Shown one piece after another: positions 8,617 through 18,475 of a stretch of 46,300 nt of DNA. Position 1 is the first letter of the stretch. The number at the start of each line of letters is the position of its first letter. Position numbers and translations under genes: made by a program. Below the pieces are notes generated by a model that searched no databases, was not told the DNA's origin, and saw nothing but the letters and a program-made list of their open reading frames with translations. The DNA is from a virus (taxonomy: Duplodnaviria > Caudoviricetes): IMG/VR virus record IMGVR_UViG_3300013006_001934, positions 1 to 46,300 of that record, one strand, 5' to 3'.

Positions 8617-9423
8617 ATGTTATCTAGATTTACAAGAGAATTTAATAGGGTCTATATTAATGATGTTCCTGTAACAGGAGCGCAATCAATTTCTGCTAGT
8701 TACGACCTCCCAATAGAGAATATTAAATATTTAGGCTCTAATAATAATCATTTAAATAGGGCTCCAATTGGGATATTCATTGGGGCTCTAAATTTAGACT
8801 CTTTGTTCATTAATAATGATCAATTTATTCAATACACTGGCGAATTAGGAGCTAATTTGAAAGTCCAATATGAGGATAATACATTCGGTATGAATAGCGG
8901 ATATATGGCCGAATATGATTTTTCTTGTGGAATAGGCACAATACCAATTTTATCTACAAAATGGAACTTTTACAGTGATTTTGGTAATATTCCATCTTCA
9001 AAATTGCCTTTTCCTATGGATGAAAGCAAGCTTAATATAGTTAATCCAGGAGACATACAGATAGATTTTAATGAATTAGAAAATGAGAAAATTAACAATT
9101 TAAAGGTCAATATTAAATGCAATAGATTGCCTATTTTTGATGCAACTTCTGTAAAGCCTGTGGATGTTAAATTGCAATATCCAATTATTATTACCACAAG
9201 CTTTTCAATATCTTTGCATGATTATCAAAACAAACGCTTATTTGACTATCCAAGTAATCAAAATGTCTATGATTTTAATATAAATTTATACAAAAATAAT
9301 ACATCGACTGTAGTTAACTCTTTTAATATAAGAGATGCTTTGCTGATTAGAGAAGACTATAGTGTAGATGTAGATGGAAGTAGTTTAATGCAATTAACTT
9401 ATGAAAGCACTACGTCAAGATAG
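8617..9423 (+). CDS. Putative tail tube-like structural protein, paralog 1
   Basis: All-beta pattern, GAQSISASYDLP..., CNRLPIF...PVDV; resembles the two following ORFs. Confidence 0.5.
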   Translation: MLSRFTREFNRVYINDVPVTGAQSISASYDLPIENIKYLGSNNNHLNRAPIGIFIGALNLDSLFINNDQFIQYTGELGANLKVQYEDNTFGMNSGYMAEYDFSCGIGTIPILSTKWNFYSDFGNIPSSKLPFPMDESKLNIVNPGDIQIDFNELENEKINNLKVNIKCNRLPIFDATSVKPVDVKLQYPIIITTSFSISLHDYQNKRLFDYPSNQNVYDFNINLYKNNTSTVVNSFNIRDALLIREDYSVDVDGSSLMQLTYESTTSR

Positions 9424-9455
9424 TGTAATTCAAATAGGTAAAAGGAGCAAGGAAT
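9423..9455 (+). promoter_or_regulatory. GTGTAATT motif + TAAAAGGAGCAAGG RBS
   Basis: Same architecture as 8550-8581; the 14-mer TAAAAGGAGCAAGG is identical. Confidence 0.65.
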
Positions 9456-10286
9456 ATGGCCAGAATATATTACGATCAATGTGAAATAAAAATAAATAAT
9501 ACTGGCGTATTAGCGGTATCTGCTAGTTTTAGTTCAGATATTACTTTAGGACCAATCTACACTCTAGGAAAGAGAAAACCTTTTAAAAACCAAATAACAA
9601 CTGGACCTAGTTCTAGCACTTTCCAAATATCTTATTTGATAAACCCTACAGGCGACCCAGCTTTTAATTCCGTTAAAGAGATCAAAAATTTTATATCTTC
9701 TCCGACAAATTATGATGGAGTAACTATAGCATTCGCTGGAGTAACTGGACAAAAATGTTATTTAAATAATTATAATTTAAAAATTGAACCTAATAATGTT
9801 ATAACTGCTCAAGCTAGTTATATTACATATGATCCAATTATAACAAATACTTTATTTCAAACTCCAAGGGATTTAGCTAATCCAAATAACGCTTCTGCAA
9901 CTAGTATTGCTCATAGCTCAAAAACTAATGTAGCATCTGGAAGAAATATTTTTGCTAAAGGCACCGCCAGCGAAATTACTGCTGATTTATATAGTTTATC
10001 TTATGCTTTTACTTGTAATCTAACTCCAATTTATGCTTTAGGACAACAAACTCCATTAGAAGTAAAACCAATTAGAGCTCAAGAGACTGTAAATATTACA
10101 GAAAATTTATTCACAAAATTAGTTTATACTGGTGAAAATATACCATTAAAAATTGAAATGTCTGGACTTTTAGATTCTAATAGTTTCACAATAGAAATGC
10201 CAGATGCATTTATTAATAATTCTACGTTAGCATCTAATCTTGATGATATTGTCCGAGCAACTAAAACAATAGTTCAATATTATTAA
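9456..10286 (+). CDS. Putative tail tube-like structural protein, paralog 2
   Basis: Internal repeat TLGPIYTLGKRKP / NLTPIYALGQQTP; shares the YLNNYNLKIEPN-type motif with paralog 3. Confidence 0.5.
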   Translation: MARIYYDQCEIKINNTGVLAVSASFSSDITLGPIYTLGKRKPFKNQITTGPSSSTFQISYLINPTGDPAFNSVKEIKNFISSPTNYDGVTIAFAGVTGQKCYLNNYNLKIEPNNVITAQASYITYDPIITNTLFQTPRDLANPNNASATSIAHSSKTNVASGRNIFAKGTASEITADLYSLSYAFTCNLTPIYALGQQTPLEVKPIRAQETVNITENLFTKLVYTGENIPLKIEMSGLLDSNSFTIEMPDAFINNSTLASNLDDIVRATKTIVQYY

Positions 10287-10287
10287 T

Positions 10288-11259
10288 ATGTTTTATAATG
10301 GAAAAAATGTAACTTTAAAAATCAACAATCAATTGATTGTTGCTACTGAAGCTCAGATGTCTTATGAGGCTCAAATTAGCCCTTATCTAGAAGTTGGTCA
10401 AAGACATGCTAATGATATAAGAGCAGATAATACCATACAAGGATCTTTAAATTTTAGCTATCACTATACTGGAGCAGATCCAATTAAAAATTTATTAAGC
10501 TTGGATGAAGGAATTACTTTTGATTTTGGAGGAATAAAACAAACTGGTTATATAAAAAGTTATAATGCTCGATTTAGTCCGCATAACCCAGTAGTATGTT
10601 CAACAGAAATATTATTTTTTAGAAGCCCAACTGGAACTTTTGTCCCTACTTATGATAATGGAGAAAATGTAAATAATATAGTTCATATTAATGACATTAG
10701 TATTAGTAATTTTAATAATCAAAATTTAACAGGTTCATATTTAAGTGCAAGTTATAATTATTCTACAGATGTAAGACCAGAGATTTATATTGGCGACACT
10801 TTTGAAAGAAGAGGAGTTTTTGGTTTAAAAGAAATTACTTTAAATATCACTTGTGACAATTTAAATCCTTTAGTAGAAATATCTGGCACAAGAGTAGGAG
10901 TAGTCTTGGGTACTTCACCTTTTGGAACATCTCTTGTGACTCAAGGATATGGAGTTACTGGATTTTTAACTAAAAAAGCTTTCCAAGCTAAAAATGAAGA
11001 ATTCTTAGTAAATGAATTAACTATCAGACAATTTAATGTGCTTGATGAAGCTACTATCTCATCCTTTTCCCCAACTTCTGGTGGTTATAAAGACTCAGTT
11101 ACAATTAATGGAACTAATTTTAATTATGTAGCTAAGGTTTTTTTTGGTGAATATGAAGCAGATGGATTTACTATAAATAATAGCAATACAATTACTGCTG
11201 TTGTACCTAGGATAAAAACTGCAGCTAGTCAACAAATAAGGATGCTAACTTTAGCATAA
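10288..11259 (+). CDS. Putative tail tube-like protein, paralog 3, with C-terminal IPT/TIG domain
   Basis: GYIKSYNARFSPHNPV; C-term ISSFSPTSGGYKDSVTINGTNF...ITAVVP. Confidence 0.6.
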   Translation: MFYNGKNVTLKINNQLIVATEAQMSYEAQISPYLEVGQRHANDIRADNTIQGSLNFSYHYTGADPIKNLLSLDEGITFDFGGIKQTGYIKSYNARFSPHNPVVCSTEILFFRSPTGTFVPTYDNGENVNNIVHINDISISNFNNQNLTGSYLSASYNYSTDVRPEIYIGDTFERRGVFGLKEITLNITCDNLNPLVEISGTRVGVVLGTSPFGTSLVTQGYGVTGFLTKKAFQAKNEEFLVNELTIRQFNVLDEATISSFSPTSGGYKDSVTINGTNFNYVAKVFFGEYEADGFTINNSNTITAVVPRIKTAASQQIRMLTLA

Positions 11260-11264
11260 TATAT

Positions 11265-12995
11265 ATGGGACTTATTACTTCTACTGGATTTTTTAAATAT
11301 ATTCCACCAAATCCAAAGATAACTTCTACCTCTAGTCCAACTGGAGCTTTAGGCCAAGTGATCTCTATAAATGGAGAAGATTTAGATTATGTTGATACTC
11401 TTTCTTTTGCTGGAGAAAATTTAAATTTTTCATTAGTAAATGGCAATCAAAGGATGGATTTTCTAGTTCCTTCAAACCCAGATACTGGGAAATTATTAAT
11501 TGCTTCTGATACTTTTACAATTACTGGTCAAAATAATTTACCTTTTTTACCCATATTTGAATTAGAGGATTTTGATCCTGGAAATGGATCAGAAGGAGAT
11601 GTGATCAATATTAGTGGAAAAGTTTTAACGTCTATCAATACTGGATATATTTATGCTACTCCAATATTAAATGATATAAGTTATTACTTCAGTGGAGCGA
11701 AGAATTACTTTGACATACCAATGTCAACTAAAAGTGGAGTTTATAGTATAAATTTTGCAGAAAATATTAATCCTACTGGTGAAATAAATAATTTTGAAAG
11801 ATTAGCTGCTAATTATTTTAATTTTAGCAGTGGAGCATCATTAAATGTTAGGTATAACATTACAGGGGATTTAAGTAAAAAATATTATGAAAACCATGTA
11901 CTTTCTCTCTCTGCAATGATTACCACGGGTTTCCAATCTTATGCAATCCAGTTACCAACTGGATTTTCTGGAGTTGTGATTCCTATCTCTTCTGGTCTAA
12001 ATCATACAAATTATGCTGTTTTTTTAAATCTACATAAACGTTTTCCTGAAGATTCATCTACTAATAATTTTAATCAGATCTATATTAGCGAAAAAACTAC
12101 TGGATCTTTTAAGATAAACGTATCAAATGTCCTAGATACTGAAATGGATTTAGATGTCTTGTTATTTACATCTAGTGGATTCATGTTGGATTCTGGAGTT
12201 TTTGAAAGAAATTTTGTAAATATTCCTGCAAATTCATCTTCTGAAATTATATATTTTGATCGATTAAGTGGAATAGATCGACAAAATAATTTATATCCAC
12301 CGTTTTTATTCACAAGCATAGAAAAAATTGATGGTATAAATATAGGTAATTCTTACATTTCTACAAATGTATCCAATTTAGAAAAAAATAATTTTACAAT
12401 TAACGTCCCAAATAAAACGATCAATAATACTTTTCGTTTAAATTATTTTACAATTAAAAATGATTATACTAATTTAGCAACATTTGTTTATGAAGGAGAC
12501 AAGTCTTATTATAAAAAAGTTTATTTGTTTACTGGATCTCAGGACACTTTTCAAGAACGTCTACCAATGAAAAATATAACAATTAATAATAAAAATAATT
12601 TGTCTTTTGAAGTGCCTTCAACTGATTATTATATAAATAGTAAAATTGAATTAAATAATACTGCCAATATTTCAAAACAATTTGCAACTAATTTTATAGA
12701 AACTCCAACTCCTACTTCTGTGAATCCTAGTGGCGGATTTAACGGAACGAATATAAGCATACAAGGCAAAAGTTTTAAAAAGCCTATATTAATTGATAAT
12801 CCAGCTGCATATGAAAGCTGTTTTGTAAGATTTAGATATGCTGACAATATTTATCCAGAAAGTAAAAGCACTTTTCAAACTTCTTTTAGAATCATAAACA
12901 AAGGATTATTAAGCGGATCTATACCTTTGAGCAGTATTCCAACTGGTCGATACGCAATACAAATGATGTCTGAAAATGGAGGATTATTCGAATGA
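11265..12995 (+). CDS. IPT/TIG-domain tail fibre or appendage protein
   Basis: PKITSTSSPTGALGQVISINGEDL; FDPGNGSEGDVINISG; PTSVNPSGGFNGTNISIQGKSF; central lectin-like repeats. Confidence 0.7.
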   Translation: MGLITSTGFFKYIPPNPKITSTSSPTGALGQVISINGEDLDYVDTLSFAGENLNFSLVNGNQRMDFLVPSNPDTGKLLIASDTFTITGQNNLPFLPIFELEDFDPGNGSEGDVINISGKVLTSINTGYIYATPILNDISYYFSGAKNYFDIPMSTKSGVYSINFAENINPTGEINNFERLAANYFNFSSGASLNVRYNITGDLSKKYYENHVLSLSAMITTGFQSYAIQLPTGFSGVVIPISSGLNHTNYAVFLNLHKRFPEDSSTNNFNQIYISEKTTGSFKINVSNVLDTEMDLDVLLFTSSGFMLDSGVFERNFVNIPANSSSEIIYFDRLSGIDRQNNLYPPFLFTSIEKIDGINIGNSYISTNVSNLEKNNFTINVPNKTINNTFRLNYFTIKNDYTNLATFVYEGDKSYYKKVYLFTGSQDTFQERLPMKNITINNKNNLSFEVPSTDYYINSKIELNNTANISKQFATNFIETPTPTSVNPSGGFNGTNISIQGKSFKKPILIDNPAAYESCFVRFRYADNIYPESKSTFQTSFRIINKGLLSGSIPLSSIPTGRYAIQMMSENGGLFE

Positions 12996-15900
12996 GCGTA
13001 TTTTTTACAATAAATTCCTCGCAACCAACTATTCAAGCTCCATCAACTGCTTTGGCTATCAATGGGGAAACAATTTTTATTTCTGGAGAGCAATTCAATA
13101 AAAATATTATTAAAATTTCTGGACAAGATGTATATAATCCATCTTCAAAGTTCACGTTTAATGGAATTTTTAACCAAAATATATCTGGAATTAATAATAC
13201 ATTATCTAAAGATACAGTAGGATTTACATTGTCTGGTATTTCTCCATCTAAATACAAAGTATATGTTTATAATGACTCAAGCGTTTCAAGTAATTATTTT
13301 GATTTAAAAGTCTTAGCTCAACCCACCATTAGCGGTTTTGATAATAAAAATGTGCTTCCAGGTCAATATATTAAAGTATCTGGATCTAATTTTTATCCTG
13401 GTGCAAATATTTCATTTGTTGATGATTTAGGTAATAAAGTTCGTCCATCTTTTCAAGAAACTGGATTATATAGAGTTACTGGGGCAGATACGCAAAATTA
13501 TGGAACTGGATATCAAATTGGAAATATTTTCTATTTAGAAGGAATAAAAAATTATACTAAAAATTCTTATGCAATTCTTACGGTATCTACCACGGGCATA
13601 AATGGTTCTCTTGGGAGCTTTAATATAAATAATTCTGGTATTTTTACTGTTCCAAATTTAAATACTGAAATTGAATTTATTCCAAGGACTGGAAATGGTA
13701 GAGGAGCTTTAATTAATTTTCTTTATGAAAAATACGAGAATACAGGATTATTAGAGTTCCTAGAGTTTCAAGTACCATATAATATTAGAAAAAATCAAAG
13801 CGGTATAATAGAAAATATAAAATTTAAAGATATATCTAGCGGAACTCAATTCAGTGGTTTTTATATATCTGGATATCCTAATATATATAATTTTTCTCCA
13901 CAAACTGGTTTGATAGAATCTACTAGCGTTTTACTAAGTGGGGATAATTTATCATTCACGCAATCTATTAAAATTGGTGATATTCCCATAAGTATATACT
14001 CTCTGCTAGGAGATACAGGAATATCTTTTACAATACCAAATTTTAGTTCTTCTGATCATATTACCATTTCTGGAATTTATGGTTCAGATAAAAGTGCAAA
14101 TATCTTAAGCGTTTATTACCCTCAATTAACTGCTAGTGGTTTTACTCCCAATGATGTATTAGCTGGCACTGGAGCAGTAGTAAACATAAGTGGTAGATAT
14201 CTTCAAAGAATAAATTATATTAATCTTGGGCAACCAAATGTATTAATAAAAGATATTATAGTTAATGCAAACGGTACTTTAGCTTCATTTGTTCTGCCAA
14301 ATGCTTATACTACCACATCTCTTAGAATTTTTTCTGTAGATTTTCCTACTTCTGGTCATTTAATTAAATCTCCAAGTTCAAATAATCTTTTAATATCTAC
14401 CACTAGACTTTCTGAAGCAAATATTGATATCAGATATTTATCTGGTATACAAGCTGCGAAATATTTAGACGAAGTAGAAATATATAGCTCTAGTGGAACT
14501 TCTGGAGATTATGGAAATCTAACTAACTCAGATGTCTTCTTTTTAGGAATTACTGGGCATATAGATGAACCAAATGCCTATTCAATCAGTGGAATTAAAG
14601 TCTCAAATTCTGCTACTGGTATCAGATTTAAAGTGCCAAGAGAAGTAAGAAATCCTCAAGCAAGAATTAAAATTAAAAGAAATCGTTTTGGAGAAAGCTA
14701 CATTCTTCCATCAAACAAATCAATTGATGTATTGCCTACTATTTTTAATGTAACTTCTTCTAATACTTTATATAATAGTTTAGGATATTTAACTATATCA
14801 GGTATCAATGCTTCTAATGCTAATTTAATTTATTTTAGTGGATATTCGGGTACTCAAAATCTTTTAGGATATAAAGAAATAAAAAGTTTTCCTCTAGAAA
14901 TAGTGAGTAGAAATTTATCTCAAATAACTGCAGCTGGTGAAAGCAATTTAACTGGATATTCAATTTTTGAAGCTAAACTTGGTGGAGATATAACTGGATC
15001 TGGAGAATTATTTTTATTTAATAACTATTATGATACTGGAATTGGATATGAAAATAATATTATTACAAAAAATAAAAATATTAAAGTATCAGCAATTAGC
15101 GGGTTTCGTCCACCAAATTCAGATATATTCACTAGCCCTGGATATGTTTCTACATCATTAGAAAATCCATTTTTTTATCAAATACAAACCAATTCTAGAG
15201 CAACTCAATTTGAATTTTCTGCAACGACAATCTCTGGAGTTGGAGTAGGAGAGTTTCCGAGTGGATTAGAAAATTATTTAAATCCTCAAAATCAAATCTT
15301 TGGTCAACCTATGATTGGTGGAATTTTTTATTTAAAAATAAGAGCTTTAGATGGAGAGAGACCAAATGAGGGGATGATTTTAAATTTAGCAGTTGGAACT
15401 TCTGGCAGATCTTTAAGTGGTCCAGGAATAACTTATCGAGGAGACTGGAATACTGGAATCGGATATATAGGAAGTAATTTGAGGAGAGATGTAGTAAGCA
15501 CGATTCCTCCAACATACGGCGTTAATTATTGGTATGCAGCATATACCAATATAGATTCTGAACCTGCACCAGGTAATCCAAATTGGATTCCATTCACAAA
15601 TGAATTTTCAGCAACAGCTACTAAAATTTTATTAGCTGAAGAATCTAATATTACTAATTCATTAAATATGGGACAAGAAGGAGTTCCAAGTGGATTTATT
15701 AAAACTGTTAATGATGTTAATGTAGACGATGGAAGTGGATTTTATATTGGGTATGATAATAGATACAATCCTGGCAGACCAAAGTTCAGAGTTGGAAATC
15801 AGTCTAGTTATATTAAATTTGATGGAAAAGGACTTGATGTTGTTGGCGCACTATCTGGTATTATTACAACTTCAAGAAATGTTACAGATGCTCAAAATAC

Positions 15901-18475
15901 AGTAAATAGTGATTATTCTGTGGCGTTAGGTTTAAATAATACTATAACAGCTAATAATGATAATGTATTTATATTCGGAACAAATAATACAGTCACTGGT
16001 GCTCGTGGAAGTAGTATTATTGCTGGAAAAAATAATAGAATCACTTGTGTAAGTAGAATTTTTACAGATAATTCAAATATAGGTGGTGGATCAGAAAATC
16101 TTGTGTTGGGTTCTTTCTGCAGCATCTTAGGCGGATATGGAAATTCAGTAGACGCAACTTCATCAGGACTTTCTTCAATAGCTAACCAAATGTTTATAAA
16201 TGATATCAGCGGGTCTGATAACATTGTAGAATATTTATCAGAAGTATTTACAACTGACTTAGCTATATTAACCTCTTTAGAATCTATAGAAGATATATAT
16301 AGAACTGAAAAAATTTCTAATATTACTGTTGGAGATTATCAAATGAGTGTCACGCCACAGTTTAGTGGCGATGAATATCTTAGAGTTAATAATTGGGTCA
16401 GTTTATTATCTCCAAACTTGTACTCTGGGTCTTTTGTTACAGAAGATCCAAATTATATTTGCGAGTTTAAAGTAGGAAAAACAGGCTTACCCTCTGGTTC
16501 GAAAAGATATTTTGTGCCATTTACAAAAAACTTCACCCATTACTCGGGCGAAAAAAATCTAGTTATTCTAACTAGTATAATTGAAGGAGACCAAAACTAT
16601 AAATTAATTAATCCAAGTGGATTAGATTCAAGTGGTTTCTATTTGAATTTTCCCAACAATCTTTCTAGCGGATTAAACGTCAGTTATTTCGTAGGTCCTA
16701 CTGGATTTTTCACTGGAACAGAATTTAATTCATCAGTATCTTTAGAGATAAACAAAAATCAACCATTCTTGAACTTAATATCAGGAACAGGATACAGATA
16801 TGACATACCATTACGAAGAAAAGGTATTAATTTCCTAAATACAGTTAATAATTTTAGTCATGAATCTATTTATATAAGTAATTTATCTGGTAACTCTTCA
16901 GATTTAAAATTAGCTTTAAGCTCTAATATAAAAGACGAATATGTAGATTGCTTGTCAATAGGATATACTGGAAGGATTAATAACCAAAATATACAAGTGT
17001 ATCAAACTGGATTAAACTCTGGGAGTGGGGCAAAATTTATATCTTTATTATCTAATATCAATGATAGTGGATATATACCATTCTGTAACATAGTTCAGAC
17101 TGGAAATAGTATCGATAACGTTTATGCATTTATGATATCAGGAAAAACACATTCTGGATTTTATTTTGAGACTGCAGAGGTTCTAAAAGAAAATATTATA
17201 TTAAATGTAAGTATATATAGGACTGGTCAATTTACTTTTGATAATACAATCATCAATGTCGAATCTCAAAGGTTGACTGGATTTTTATCAAAAGATGTAT
17301 CTATTAAATTTCAAAATAATTTAAATTATTACCCAAATACTTTAATAACAACAGAGAATGTTAATTCTAGCAATATTTATATAATATATGCAAAAAACAT
17401 ATCAAAAACAGGATTATATGCTAAACTTTCAGATGATTTGAAAACAGGAGAAATAATTAATATAAATCATGTTTCTTTTTCTAACACTGGCGATCAAGTT
17501 TTTGATCTTAAAGCTAATACATTAATTGATTCAAGCAGCATCTTAAGTGGTGATACATGCATCTACTTGAATAATAATTTTAATCATTCTGAGTTGAAAG
17601 TCTTTCCTAGAGTATATAGTTTAAATAGCGATTTCATAAATCGACCTTATATTATTCAAGATAAAACAAATAATAGTTTTTGTTTCAAATTATCTGGAGT
17701 CTTATCTCCTTCTCAAATGACAGGGATTGTATGCGAATATATAGCTTCTGATCTAACCAGAGATCTTAATATAGCTAGAAGTGTGTTATCAACTTTTAAT
17801 TATAGTCGTCTTGGCGCATTTGGATTCGCAGATGTTGGAAGTTCATCAATACTTGGCGGCACAGGAAATTATATTAAGGGGCTTGTTTCTACAATAGCTG
17901 GAGGAGTTTTAAATCGAATCGTTGGAGATTTCAATTTGATTCCTGGAGGAAGATCTAATCAAATTATTGATCTATCTGATCAAACTTCACAATATCCAAA
18001 AAGTGCGTTTTGTACGATATTAGGAGGCGGAGGTAATCTTATTGAAGGAAATTCTCAATATTCTAATATTATTGGTGGCAGTGGAAATCATATATTGAAT
18101 TTAGACTTGTCGAATGATAAAGCTGGATCTACTATCGTTGGTGGCTCTTCTAACGAAATATCTGGAGCTTTTTCTACTATTCTTGGTGGAGAAAACAATA
18201 GCATATCTGGATCTTATAGCCATGTTTTCGGAAGAAATATCAACCTTACAAAACCTGGCTCCGTTGTTATTAGTGATAGTAGTACTGGAAATAAAAATAT
18301 CAATCAGGAAAATACTATAGTATTAAATTTCTCTGGTGGGCTATATATTACTGGAAATGCACTTGGAACATCTCCTATAGTTCTTGACGTAACTAAATTA
18401 CCTACTTCTTCTGCTAGTTTACCAATCGGAGCTGTGTATCTTATTGGAACAGCTCTAAATGTTAAAACTACTTAA
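12992..18475 (+). CDS. Large tail fibre / adhesin (IPT/TIG repeats, Ig, GG-x2-N beta-helix repeats, lectin-like repeats)
   Basis: Multiple P-x-I-x-x-F-x-P...G...I-x-G-x-N IPT starts; repeated S-x-I-x-GG-x-x-N motifs at ~15900-16160 and ~17830-18260. Confidence 0.78.
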   Translation: MSVFFTINSSQPTIQAPSTALAINGETIFISGEQFNKNIIKISGQDVYNPSSKFTFNGIFNQNISGINNTLSKDTVGFTLSGISPSKYKVYVYNDSSVSSNYFDLKVLAQPTISGFDNKNVLPGQYIKVSGSNFYPGANISFVDDLGNKVRPSFQETGLYRVTGADTQNYGTGYQIGNIFYLEGIKNYTKNSYAILTVSTTGINGSLGSFNINNSGIFTVPNLNTEIEFIPRTGNGRGALINFLYEKYENTGLLEFLEFQVPYNIRKNQSGIIENIKFKDISSGTQFSGFYISGYPNIYNFSPQTGLIESTSVLLSGDNLSFTQSIKIGDIPISIYSLLGDTGISFTIPNFSSSDHITISGIYGSDKSANILSVYYPQLTASGFTPNDVLAGTGAVVNISGRYLQRINYINLGQPNVLIKDIIVNANGTLASFVLPNAYTTTSLRIFSVDFPTSGHLIKSPSSNNLLISTTRLSEANIDIRYLSGIQAAKYLDEVEIYSSSGTSGDYGNLTNSDVFFLGITGHIDEPNAYSISGIKVSNSATGIRFKVPREVRNPQARIKIKRNRFGESYILPSNKSIDVLPTIFNVTSSNTLYNSLGYLTISGINASNANLIYFSGYSGTQNLLGYKEIKSFPLEIVSRNLSQITAAGESNLTGYSIFEAKLGGDITGSGELFLFNNYYDTGIGYENNIITKNKNIKVSAISGFRPPNSDIFTSPGYVSTSLENPFFYQIQTNSRATQFEFSATTISGVGVGEFPSGLENYLNPQNQIFGQPMIGGIFYLKIRALDGERPNEGMILNLAVGTSGRSLSGPGITYRGDWNTGIGYIGSNLRRDVVSTIPPTYGVNYWYAAYTNIDSEPAPGNPNWIPFTNEFSATATKILLAEESNITNSLNMGQEGVPSGFIKTVNDVNVDDGSGFYIGYDNRYNPGRPKFRVGNQSSYIKFDGKGLDVVGALSGIITTSRNVTDAQNTVNSDYSVALGLNNTITANNDNVFIFGTNNTVTGARGSSIIAGKNNRITCVSRIFTDNSNIGGGSENLVLGSFCSILGGYGNSVDATSSGLSSIANQMFINDISGSDNIVEYLSEVFTTDLAILTSLESIEDIYRTEKISNITVGDYQMSVTPQFSGDEYLRVNNWVSLLSPNLYSGSFVTEDPNYICEFKVGKTGLPSGSKRYFVPFTKNFTHYSGEKNLVILTSIIEGDQNYKLINPSGLDSSGFYLNFPNNLSSGLNVSYFVGPTGFFTGTEFNSSVSLEINKNQPFLNLISGTGYRYDIPLRRKGINFLNTVNNFSHESIYISNLSGNSSDLKLALSSNIKDEYVDCLSIGYTGRINNQNIQVYQTGLNSGSGAKFISLLSNINDSGYIPFCNIVQTGNSIDNVYAFMISGKTHSGFYFETAEVLKENIILNVSIYRTGQFTFDNTIINVESQRLTGFLSKDVSIKFQNNLNYYPNTLITTENVNSSNIYIIYAKNISKTGLYAKLSDDLKTGEIININHVSFSNTGDQVFDLKANTLIDSSSILSGDTCIYLNNNFNHSELKVFPRVYSLNSDFINRPYIIQDKTNNSFCFKLSGVLSPSQMTGIVCEYIASDLTRDLNIARSVLSTFNYSRLGAFGFADVGSSSILGGTGNYIKGLVSTIAGGVLNRIVGDFNLIPGGRSNQIIDLSDQTSQYPKSAFCTILGGGGNLIEGNSQYSNIIGGSGNHILNLDLSNDKAGSTIVGGSSNEISGAFSTILGGENNSISGSYSHVFGRNINLTKPGSVVISDSSTGNKNINQENTIVLNFSGGLYITGNALGTSPIVLDVTKLPTSSASLPIGAVYLIGTALNVKTT

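Noticed and set aside
18472-18475. Terminator at the convergent junction of fibre and replication blocks
   Set aside because: The two stop codons overlap (TTAA) with no intergenic space or evident hairpin.
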